Of a stretch of DNA of 63,167 nt, positions 46,135-54,562 are shown piece after piece. Below the pieces are notes generated by a model. That model was not told where the DNA came from. It saw nothing but the letters and a program-made list of their open reading frames with translations, and searched no databases. The DNA lies in assembly GCA_015233195.1 (NCBI GenBank), contig JADFYE010000013.1, positions 1 through 63,167 of the forward strand, written 5' to 3'. The stretch's first letter is position 1; each line of letters starts with the position of its first letter. Origin of the DNA: Candidatus Omnitrophota bacterium. GTDB lineage: Bacteria; Omnitrophota; Gorgyraeia; Zapsychrales; Zapsychraceae. A program made the translations under genes and the position numbers.

Positions 46135-48753
46135 ATGAAATTCAAAAATATAATTTCGTTTATCTTAGTGTTTTTAATGATCCTGCCGAATACAGGTTGG
46201 ACGCAGTCTACTTTACTGTTCTCGACAGGATCGCCATTGATCTTAAAAGGCATGATTTTTGATCCTTCTCGGTCATCACATATTGATTTTGTTTTTGATT
46301 CAGACGTAAAACAGCCTATCACATATGCCGAAAAACAAAATATTCAAATAAGCGCCCGATATTTTCTTTCCGCTTTGACAACTCCAGATAAAGATTTATG
46401 GGTAAATCTTTCTCCTAAAGAACCTGACCGTATAATTCCTGTTTTATTTGGCAAGACTGATATGGGAAGGGATATGCTTAAATCTGATTATAAGCTTAAG
46501 CAATTAACTTCACAATTATTGGATCCCCGTGATCCGACTGGAAGGACATTTTGGAATGAGGTTAGAGATTTGCAAAAATCGTTATATAGTCAAAAGGATT
46601 TTTCAACGGAAATGTGGAGTAAAGTTTGGATTATTCCTGGCAAAGTTGATGTGCGGGTTGCAGGGAATAAAGTTTTTATTATTAAGGCGGATCTCAAAGT
46701 TGAAATGCGTTCAGATGAGAACGCGCAAAAAAGTGTCATATCTGATCCTCGCGTTGTATCAATTTTCCAAAAATGTATTTTGCCGGTTATAGAGGATAGG
46801 ATTAATAATGATCAAAATTTTTCTGAGTTGCGGCAGATTTTCCGCGCGTTAATACTTTCAGCATGGTTTAAAAGGAATCAGCCTAACCATATTTTAAACC
46901 GGACATATGCAAATAAAAGGGCAGTCTACGGTATTGATCGAGTTAAAACTGGAGAAATTAAAAATATTTATAATAGATATTTGCGTGCAGTATTAGGAGA
47001 TGATCGGGCGCTAATTCAGGAAGAATATGATCCAATAACCCAGAGTTTGGTAGCAAAAAAAATTGTTACAGGTGGGGTTATTGGTAAGATTGAAGATATT
47101 CATGTTGACCAAGCTGCGTCAATAAAGTTGCAGAATCCTTTTATTGCAGGGTTTGATCTGGCTATGCTAGGTGCAGCGTCCAGCCATTCAAAATCACCAA
47201 CTATGATTATGACCAAAGAGGCGTTTAGTTACTGGGCTACCGATAAATTTATGGAGGTATTAAAGCCTTTTGAAAAATATATGAAAGATTATGATAAATT
47301 TTTGGTAAATCCGTTTTTTAGTGTTAGAGAGTTTGTTTTTGGGTCAGTTTTGGCTAACACGTATGATAGTGTTCACGAACAATTGCTAAGAGAGCTTAAT
47401 AAAGAAAAAGCGCAAAGACATCCGTTTACTCCTAAAATTTCTGTTTCAATGATCAGACTGGGACCTGAAGTTTGGGTTGGAGAAGTTACAGATAATGGTG
47501 TAGGTTTTAATGAGCATATGATTCTTTCTGCTATGGAGAAACCTGTAGTATCAAGAAAATCAAAATTTGATAGTGGAACTTTTGGGGGGCACGGGAGAGG
47601 AATAAGGGAAGCTGTTGAATTTTATCTTAAGACTGGAGGAAAAGATAATTTAATTGCTCCGGTCAGGTTTGAAATTGAGACCAGAAATGAACAAGGGTTT
47701 TCGATAAAAAAGATTGTTGAAGTAGGAAATAATGTGGTTACGGTAAAGTATGATAGGGATTTTCGAAGAGCTGAAGTTGGTACAACTATTAGAATGACTT
47801 ATAATTTTAAAGAGGCAGATCAGCAGCATTCTGCTCCGTTGACTTATCAGTCTACATGGACGCCATTAATTATTCCAGATTCAGCACAGATAACTGAACA
47901 ATTGCCTTTATTTAAACGGCTTGATAAAAGAGATTTTACTATATGGAGACTTCAGACGTATAGTCCTATAGTGGCTTTGGCACAAGAGTATAGCAGTGAT
48001 TCAATAAAAAAAATATTAGGGTCTTTTAGGGCGGCATTAAATGAGCCATTATTGCCAAACGCTTTTGATGCGGTATGGATGCGTTCTGAAAAATTCCCAA
48101 ATGATAATTTTGCTGCGGATATAAATTATCAAGTTAGATATGATTCAAAAGGATTTTTGGAATTATCAGTTACAAGCAATGGAGTAGGGATCGATAAGTT
48201 TACTTTTGCTAAACTTTTTAATGGACCTATCGTTTCTGCTCACAAAGTTAGGATTTTGGGTAAATATCCATCCTATCCAATTTATGGCGCTTCTGGGGTT
48301 GGTTTGAATTTTTTAAAAGCTGATATTAAAAAACTTGGCTATCCAAGTAAAATAATAATTTCAACTAGAAAGCAATCAGGATTTGCAGGAGTTAAATCTT
48401 TGGATGTATTAAGCGGTGATGTTGAATATCTCAATTATAAAGGAGATTTACCGATTGGTGTTACAGTTAAAATACAGATTGAAGTGCCGGAATACGCACG
48501 GCATGAGTTGGTTCCTGGAGAGTTATACAGCGATCATTGGTCAGATGAGGATGAAGGGAAAACTGAAAATTCTGAAATTCCAGGTGGTATAGATTTTAAT
48601 CCAAATCAGATTGTTTTGCCGCACCAGCCAGATTCACTTGATAATGGTCAATTAAATGCTATACCAACCGGGTTAAAAGGTTTATATCCAATGCTTAAAA
48701 GCATGAAATTTGTTCAGCCGCAGCAGATATTTTCACTTCCTATAAGTAAATAA
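46135..48753 (+). CDS. Exported protein of unknown function with two GHKL/HATPase_c-like modules
   Basis: Start at MKFKNIISFILVFLMILPNTGWT (signal peptide); the track start is 46096. N-domain motif DLWVNLSPKEPDRIIP..GRDMLKSDYKLKQLTSQLL. Module 1 (about 47340-47800): ANTYDSV / VTDNGVGFNEH / GGHGRGIREAVEF. Module 2 (about 48060-48480): PNAFDAVW / VTSNGVGIDKF / GASGVGLNFLKADIKKLG. C-terminal PGGIDFNPNQ. Confidence 0.8.
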   Translation: MKFKNIISFILVFLMILPNTGWTQSTLLFSTGSPLILKGMIFDPSRSSHIDFVFDSDVKQPITYAEKQNIQISARYFLSALTTPDKDLWVNLSPKEPDRIIPVLFGKTDMGRDMLKSDYKLKQLTSQLLDPRDPTGRTFWNEVRDLQKSLYSQKDFSTEMWSKVWIIPGKVDVRVAGNKVFIIKADLKVEMRSDENAQKSVISDPRVVSIFQKCILPVIEDRINNDQNFSELRQIFRALILSAWFKRNQPNHILNRTYANKRAVYGIDRVKTGEIKNIYNRYLRAVLGDDRALIQEEYDPITQSLVAKKIVTGGVIGKIEDIHVDQAASIKLQNPFIAGFDLAMLGAASSHSKSPTMIMTKEAFSYWATDKFMEVLKPFEKYMKDYDKFLVNPFFSVREFVFGSVLANTYDSVHEQLLRELNKEKAQRHPFTPKISVSMIRLGPEVWVGEVTDNGVGFNEHMILSAMEKPVVSRKSKFDSGTFGGHGRGIREAVEFYLKTGGKDNLIAPVRFEIETRNEQGFSIKKIVEVGNNVVTVKYDRDFRRAEVGTTIRMTYNFKEADQQHSAPLTYQSTWTPLIIPDSAQITEQLPLFKRLDKRDFTIWRLQTYSPIVALAQEYSSDSIKKILGSFRAALNEPLLPNAFDAVWMRSEKFPNDNFAADINYQVRYDSKGFLELSVTSNGVGIDKFTFAKLFNGPIVSAHKVRILGKYPSYPIYGASGVGLNFLKADIKKLGYPSKIIISTRKQSGFAGVKSLDVLSGDVEYLNYKGDLPIGVTVKIQIEVPEYARHELVPGELYSDHWSDEDEGKTENSEIPGGIDFNPNQIVLPHQPDSLDNGQLNAIPTGLKGLYPMLKSMKFVQPQQIFSLPISK

Positions 48754-48759
48754 TTTTTA

Positions 48760-48788
48760 ATGACGCTTTTATTATTATATGCTACAAT
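48760..48788 (+). promoter_or_regulatory. Putative extended -10 promoter for the hldA-kds-lpt operon
   Basis: atgacg (48760-48765), 17-nt spacer ending tgc, then tacaat (48783-48788). Confidence 0.4.
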
Positions 48789-48842
48789 CGTGCTTCGTTT
48801 CGGGGGGTATGTTTATAATATTATCTATTTAAGGATTGGTTT

Positions 48843-49856
48843 ATGCTTTATAAGGATATAATTAAACGTTTTAAGTCAAAAACCATTATGGTTATTGGGG
48901 ATGTGATATTAGACCGCTATATAAAAGGTTCAGTATCCAGAATATCTCCTGAAGCGCCGGTTCCAGTACTTTTGGAGGAAGAATTTTCATATACTCCTGG
49001 CGGGGCGTCAAATGTGGCGCATAATTTGCGTAGATTAGGGGCGAATGTTATTCAAGTAGGCAGGATCGGGAATGATTTTGAAGGTCAGCTTTTAAAACGC
49101 GAGCTTAAGCGTAAAGACATAAATATCAGTGGTATTTTTTTGGATAATAAAGCTCCTACAATAACCAAGACCAGAGTAATCGCTAATCACCAGCAAATAG
49201 TCCGTATTGATAAAGAACGGATTGGTACGGAAAATAAATTGGTTCAGGAAAAGATATTGCAGTTTATTGAGAAACATATTGATGAATGTGACGGCATTAT
49301 TTTATCTGATTATGGCAAAGGAGTGATTACGTCTGAGTTAGTCGAGTTTGTCTGTAATTTAGCTTTACGTAAGAAAAAAATAATTACAGTTGACCCAAAA
49401 GTTGGGCATTTTAGTTTTTATCGTAAAGTTACTTGCATCACTCCGAATTTAAAAGAAGCTGAGAATGCTATTCGTAATATTAAGATCACGTCTAACGTGC
49501 CAACGTTAGATATAACAGTTGACCGGTTGCATACTGATAAGGAAATTGATAAAGCTGGTCAGGAACTGATGCGTTATTTGGATTTACAGTCTTTATTGAT
49601 AACTTTAGGTGAGCGCGGTATGCGTTTGTTTGAAAAAAATAAAAAACCATTTTCGATTCCAACTCAAGCGCAGGAAGTTTTTGATGTTACCGGTGCAGGA
49701 GATGCGGTTATATCAGTATTTACATTGTCTTTAACTGCAGGTGCTGATCGACGGCAAGCTGCAAAAATGGCAAATGCCGCAGCTGGAGTTGTAGTCGGGA
49801 AATTAGGCGTATATGCGGTGTCGGTGGAAGAATTGATTGGAGCAATTAAAAAATGA
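48843..49856 (+). CDS. hldA: D-glycero-beta-D-manno-heptose-7-phosphate kinase (RfaE domain I only; PfkB family)
   Basis: 337 aa. VIGDVILDRYIKGSVSRISPEAPVPV, DVTGAGDAV. No fused adenylyltransferase domain. Confidence 0.8.
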   Translation: MLYKDIIKRFKSKTIMVIGDVILDRYIKGSVSRISPEAPVPVLLEEEFSYTPGGASNVAHNLRRLGANVIQVGRIGNDFEGQLLKRELKRKDINISGIFLDNKAPTITKTRVIANHQQIVRIDKERIGTENKLVQEKILQFIEKHIDECDGIILSDYGKGVITSELVEFVCNLALRKKKIITVDPKVGHFSFYRKVTCITPNLKEAENAIRNIKITSNVPTLDITVDRLHTDKEIDKAGQELMRYLDLQSLLITLGERGMRLFEKNKKPFSIPTQAQEVFDVTGAGDAVISVFTLSLTAGADRRQAAKMANAAAGVVVGKLGVYAVSVEELIGAIKK

Positions 49857-50581
49857 TAGCAATAGGTATAATTCCTGCTCGGTGGGGTTCGACACGATTT
49901 GAGGGTAAAGTTTTGGCAGATATTGGTGGTAAGCCGATGATCCAGCATGTCTGGGAACGGACGAAAAAGAGCCAACATTTAAAAGAAGTTTTGATTGCGA
50001 CGGATGATGACCGTATAAAGAATGCTGCGCAAAAATTTGGGGCTTCAGTTATTATGACTGCTGCTTCGCACCCGTCTGGAACAGACCGAATTGCGGAAGC
50101 GGTATCGAGAATTGAGTGTGATGTAGTTGTGAATATTCAAGGCGATGAGCCTTTGATTCAGCATAAAGTAATTGATGACCTGGTGCAGGTATTTGTGAAA
50201 AACCCGGCTACAGTCATGGCAACAGTTATTAAAAAGCTGACTAATGAAGCGGATTTTTTAAATCCTAATGTGGTTAAAGTGGTAGTGGATCAGCAAGGTA
50301 ATGCGATTTATTTTTCGCGCGCGCCGATACCATTCAATCGTGACGGAGTGCCGTTTGAAAAATTAAAGGTTTATAAACATTTGGGAATATATGCGTATCG
50401 TAAAGATTTTTTAATGGGCTTTAAAAATTTACCGGTATCTATTTTGGAACAGACTGAAAAATTAGAACAATTGCGGGTGCTAGAGGCTGGTTATAAGATC
50501 AGCACAGTTGTGACGGATATTGAGACGATCGGTGTAGATACGAGAGATGACTTAGAAAAAGTACTAAAGGTGCAAATATGA
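49853..50581 (+). CDS. kdsB: 3-deoxy-manno-octulosonate cytidylyltransferase (CMP-Kdo synthetase)
   Basis: IIPARWGSTRFEGKVLADIGGKPMIQHV, NIQGDEPL. Confidence 0.93.
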   Translation: MIAIGIIPARWGSTRFEGKVLADIGGKPMIQHVWERTKKSQHLKEVLIATDDDRIKNAAQKFGASVIMTAASHPSGTDRIAEAVSRIECDVVVNIQGDEPLIQHKVIDDLVQVFVKNPATVMATVIKKLTNEADFLNPNVVKVVVDQQGNAIYFSRAPIPFNRDGVPFEKLKVYKHLGIYAYRKDFLMGFKNLPVSILEQTEKLEQLRVLEAGYKISTVVTDIETIGVDTRDDLEKVLKVQI

Positions 50582-51399
50582 AATCAAAAATTATAAAAAT
50601 TGGAAAAGTAAATATCAGTAATGATCTGCCTTTTGTATTGATCGCTGGACCATGTGTTATTGAAAGTAAGACGCTGGTTTTAAAAGTCGCGAAGCAATTA
50701 AAGACGATCACTTCAAAACTTAAAATACCGTTTATTTTTAAAGCGAGCTATGACAAAGCTAACCGCACCTCAATCGACTCATTTCGCGGTCCTGGGATCG
50801 GAAAAGGTTTGGCAATCTTAAAAGAAGTTAAAGACGAGCTTGGTTTATCTATTTTAACTGACGTGCATTCGGTTGAAGAGGTGGCTTTGTCAGCTAAAGT
50901 TGCAGATATATTACAGATTCCTGCATTTTTATGCCGGCAGACTGACTTAGTTGTCGAGGCAGGTAAAAGTGGTAAAGTAGTAAATATTAAAAAAGGTCAG
51001 TTTTTAGATCCGCAAAATATGGGTCAGTTGATTCGTAAAGTTGAAAGCACAGGGAATAAAAAAATAATTTTAACTGAACGCGGCGCTTCTTTTGGTTATG
51101 GTAATTTGGTAAGTGATTTTAGGGCTCTGGCGATAATGGCTAAGACCGGATATCCAGTAGTTTTCGATGCGACGCATAGCGTTCAACAGCCAGGAGGGTT
51201 AGGTCATGCTACAGGCGGGTGCAGTGAATATGTCCCATTGCTTGCCAGATGCGCGGTTGCAGCAGGGTGTGCAGGCATATTTATCGAGGTTCACCCGAAT
51301 CCAGCAAAAGCACTTTCAGACGGACCGAATATGATGGCGTTAAATCAGGTCGAGAAATTTTTGATCAAGATTAAAAAACTTGATCAGGTGGTGAAATAA
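50578..51399 (+). CDS. kdsA: 2-dehydro-3-deoxyphosphooctonate aldolase (Kdo-8-P synthase)
   Basis: IAGPCVIES, FKASYDKANRTS, FDATHSVQ. Confidence 0.93.
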   Translation: MKSKIIKIGKVNISNDLPFVLIAGPCVIESKTLVLKVAKQLKTITSKLKIPFIFKASYDKANRTSIDSFRGPGIGKGLAILKEVKDELGLSILTDVHSVEEVALSAKVADILQIPAFLCRQTDLVVEAGKSGKVVNIKKGQFLDPQNMGQLIRKVESTGNKKIILTERGASFGYGNLVSDFRALAIMAKTGYPVVFDATHSVQQPGGLGHATGGCSEYVPLLARCAVAAGCAGIFIEVHPNPAKALSDGPNMMALNQVEKFLIKIKKLDQVVK

Positions 51400-51400
51400 T

Positions 51401-52357
51401 ATGTTAAAAAATGCTAAAGATTTAATTAAGACTGAAGCTAATGCAATATTAGGCTTATCTAAAAAATTAAACTCTAATTTTTTACAGGCAGTAGATGTTA
51501 TTTTAAAATGTAAAGGTCGAGTTATAGTTGCTGGTATGGGTAAGACCGGTATTATTGGACGTAAAATCTCAGCTACTTTTTCATCAACTGGCACGCCCAG
51601 TATTTTTATGCATAGTGCTGAAGCTGTTCATGGAGATTTAGGACAAGTCACAAAAGACGATGTAATAATTTTAATATCGTCCAGCGGAGAGACAGAAGAG
51701 ACAGTTAGGCTTTTGCCTTTGATCAAACGGATCAAAGCTAGAACAATTGCTATTACTGGAAATATTAAGTCTTCATTGGCAAAACATAGTGATATTGTTT
51801 TAGATGTTTCAGTGGAGAAAGAAGGTTGCCCTTTGGGTTTAGCGCCTATGGCATCCACTACTGCGACGTTGGTAATGGGCGATGCTTTAGCTTCTTGTCT
51901 GATTGAACGCAGGAATTTTAAACGGGAAGATTTCGCGTTTTATCATCCTGGAGGATCATTAGGCAGAAAATTATTGCTTAGAGTCAGTGACATTATGAGG
52001 TCAGGTGCTCATTACGCTAAAGTTAAAGATAGTGCAAAAGTAAAAGATGTTTTGTTTGCTATAACTCAGGCGCGCTGCGGGTCTGCGTGTATAGTTAATA
52101 CCAAAGGTAAATTTGTCGGTATATTTACAGACGGAGATCTTCGCCGGCATCTTGAAATGGATAGTAATTTATTAAGCAAACAGGTTAAAGATGTTATGAC
52201 AGAGAATCCGACTGTAATAAAAGCTGAACAATTGGCAGCTGAAGCATTGCAAGTTTTAGAAGGCAGAAAGATCGACGAATTACCGGTTTTAGATAAAAAT
52301 GGGAAGCTGGTTGGGTTGTTGGATGTTCAGGATCTTTTAAGATCAGGTATTGTTTAA
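51401..52357 (+). CDS. kdsD: Arabinose-5-phosphate isomerase (SIS + tandem CBS)
   Basis: VAGMGKTGIIGRKISATFSSTGTPS, ISSSGETEE, two CBS repeats at the C-terminus. Confidence 0.9.
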   Translation: MLKNAKDLIKTEANAILGLSKKLNSNFLQAVDVILKCKGRVIVAGMGKTGIIGRKISATFSSTGTPSIFMHSAEAVHGDLGQVTKDDVIILISSSGETEETVRLLPLIKRIKARTIAITGNIKSSLAKHSDIVLDVSVEKEGCPLGLAPMASTTATLVMGDALASCLIERRNFKREDFAFYHPGGSLGRKLLLRVSDIMRSGAHYAKVKDSAKVKDVLFAITQARCGSACIVNTKGKFVGIFTDGDLRRHLEMDSNLLSKQVKDVMTENPTVIKAEQLAAEALQVLEGRKIDELPVLDKNGKLVGLLDVQDLLRSGIV

Positions 52358-52369
52358 AAGGATGGACAT

Positions 52370-52894
52370 ATGTTAAAGAATATTTCAAAGCGTATTAAGA
52401 AAATTAAAGTATTTGTAATGGATGTGGACGGGGTTATGACTAATGGTTCAATCAACATGGATGAGCATGGACATGAGATTAAAATGTTTAATGTTCAGGA
52501 CGGGCTGGGTATTGCAGTATTGCGTAAAGCAGGTATACATACTGCGATTATAACTGCTCGCGCTTCAGGTTGTGTATCAGCTCGCGCGCTTGATTTAAAA
52601 ATTGACAAAGTGTATCAGGATGCGTATCCTAAATCGGCTGCTTTTGCTGACCTTCTGAAAAATTTCAATGTTTCAAAAGATGAAGTGTGTTTTATCGGCG
52701 ATGATTTACCGGATATATCGGTATTAAAACAAGCCGGATTTGCAGTTGCGGTAAGAAACGCGTCAACTGATGCTAAAAAATATGCTCATTATGTTACTAA
52801 AAATAGTGGAGGCAATGGCGCGATACGAGAAGTGGTTGAACTAATTTTAAAAACCCAAGGCAAGTGGCATCACATATTGGAAACGTTTAAATAA
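52370..52894 (+). CDS. kdsC: Kdo-8-phosphate phosphatase (HAD family)
   Basis: VFVMDVDGVMTNG, FIGDDLPD. 174 aa. Confidence 0.9.
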   Translation: MLKNISKRIKKIKVFVMDVDGVMTNGSINMDEHGHEIKMFNVQDGLGIAVLRKAGIHTAIITARASGCVSARALDLKIDKVYQDAYPKSAAFADLLKNFNVSKDEVCFIGDDLPDISVLKQAGFAVAVRNASTDAKKYAHYVTKNSGGNGAIREVVELILKTQGKWHHILETFK

Positions 52895-52951
52895 AGTTCG
52901 TAGGGGCACGATATATCGTGCCTAATAAAATTTAAAAATTAGGAAAACACA

Positions 52952-53821
52952 TTGAAGATAAAATTAATAATTTTAAATATTTTATATTTGTTTTTTTTGG
53001 TTTCGGTTGGATTTGCTCAAGAGCAGAATCAGGAAATAATACCTGCGCCTAAAGCTGGGCAATTGCAACCACAGCAGCAATTACAGGGATTTAATTTACA
53101 GGGCTATTCTAACACTGGTGAGAAACAGTGGGATCTAAAGGGTGAGAAAGCAGATATTGTTGGTAATGAAATTAAGTTAAAAAATGTGGATGCGAATACT
53201 TATGGTCAGAATAAAGTGAATGTTACTGCTGATACTGGGTACATCGACCAAACCCAGAATAAAATGCGTTTGGAAAAAGATGTGGTTATCACTGCTCAGG
53301 ACGGGCAGCAGATGATGACTAATTCTTTGGAATGGGATAGAAATAAAGAAACAGTTAAAACCAAAGATGATGTGATGTTTACTGGAAATGAGATGACTGT
53401 TACTGGCAAAGGATTGGAAGCTAGTACTAAAGATAAGACTGCTCAGATAAAAGAAGATGTTACTGCGAGGGTGAATACTACGCCGAATGCAGCGGATAAG
53501 AATATTGTTACCATAACTAGCGACGGACCTATGGAATTGGATCAGGCGCAAATGGTAGCAGTTTTTCATGAAAATGTGGTGGCGGTACGGGATACGCAGA
53601 CTCTTAAAGCAGATATAATGAAAGTTTATTTTAGTCAGGAACAAAAAAAGATTACTAAGTTAGTTTGCCAGGGTAATGTTACTGTGACACAAGGTGAGAA
53701 TCAATCTTTTGCTGAAGAAGCTGTATATGACGCGGCTACTCAGAAAGTGACATTGTCCGGTAGACCTAAATTGATATTTAAAACTGAGGGGAATAATGGC
53801 TTTACACCTTTTGGAAACTAA
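52952..53821 (+). CDS. LPS-transport periplasmic protein with LptC-like N-half and LptA/OstA-like C-half
   Basis: TTG start after aggaaa. N-terminal anchor/signal KIKLIILNILYLFFLVSVGFA. LptC-like segment (WDLKGEKADIV...LKNVDANTY...MRLEKDVVIT). OstA_N-like segment (ITSDGPMELDQ...FHENVVAV...LKADIMKVYF...CQGNVTVTQG...AEEAVYD...VTLSGRPKL). It is the only gene between kdsC and lptB. Confidence 0.75.
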   Translation: MKIKLIILNILYLFFLVSVGFAQEQNQEIIPAPKAGQLQPQQQLQGFNLQGYSNTGEKQWDLKGEKADIVGNEIKLKNVDANTYGQNKVNVTADTGYIDQTQNKMRLEKDVVITAQDGQQMMTNSLEWDRNKETVKTKDDVMFTGNEMTVTGKGLEASTKDKTAQIKEDVTARVNTTPNAADKNIVTITSDGPMELDQAQMVAVFHENVVAVRDTQTLKADIMKVYFSQEQKKITKLVCQGNVTVTQGENQSFAEEAVYDAATQKVTLSGRPKLIFKTEGNNGFTPFGN

Positions 53822-54524
53822 GGGATTAAGCAAAGAATACGGCAGACGCAAGGTAGTGGATGGTCTCAGTATAACGGTTGGTAGGTCTGAGATCGTGGGT
53901 TTGCTTGGTCCTAATGGCGCAGGTAAAACAACTACGTTTTATATGGCGGTTGGTATTATTAAACCGTCTGATGGACAGATATTTTTTGATAACGAAGACA
54001 TAACTAAAAAATCAATTCATGAGCGTTGTCGTTTAGGTATGGGTTATTTGGCACAGGAAGCTTCAATATTTAGGAAATTGACAGTTGAAGAAAATATTAT
54101 GGCGATTCTGGAAACTTTGGATATTGGACCTAAAGAGCGTAAACGCAGATTGCAGTCTTTGCTGGAAGAATTGAATATAGCGCATTTAGCGAAGAGTAAA
54201 GCTTTTACTTTATCAGGAGGAGAACGCCGTCGTCTTGAAATCACCCGGGCATTGGTTACTAATCCGTCTTTTATTTTATTGGATGAGCCATTTTCGGGTA
54301 TTGATCCGATTGTGGTAGCTGAGGCACAAGAGATTATAAAAGAATTAAAGAATAAAGGATTAGGGGTTTTGTTGACAGATCATAATGTTCGGGAAACTTT
54401 AGCGATAACTGATCGGGCGTATTTGATTGCAGATGGAAAAATTTTAATATCTGGCACAGCGGAAGAATTGATCAATGATCCTGAAGCAAGAAAGATATAT
54501 TTGGGGGAAAAGTTTCGAATGTAA
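53796..54524 (+). CDS. lptB: LPS export ABC transporter ATP-binding protein
   Basis: GPNGAGKTT, LSGGERRRLEITRAL, LLDEPFSGIDP. Synteny after kdsC/lptC-A. Confidence 0.93.
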   Translation: MALHLLETKGLSKEYGRRKVVDGLSITVGRSEIVGLLGPNGAGKTTTFYMAVGIIKPSDGQIFFDNEDITKKSIHERCRLGMGYLAQEASIFRKLTVEENIMAILETLDIGPKERKRRLQSLLEELNIAHLAKSKAFTLSGGERRRLEITRALVTNPSFILLDEPFSGIDPIVVAEAQEIIKELKNKGLGVLLTDHNVRETLAITDRAYLIADGKILISGTAEELINDPEARKIYLGEKFRM

Positions 54525-54562
54525 AAATTTTAAAACAATGTTTATCAGGAAGGAAGATGTAA

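Noticed and set aside
53177-53644. 155-aa minus-strand ORF
   Set aside because: Antisense to the LptC/LptA-like gene. Its composition is His/Phe/Ile/Ser-rich and nonsensical.
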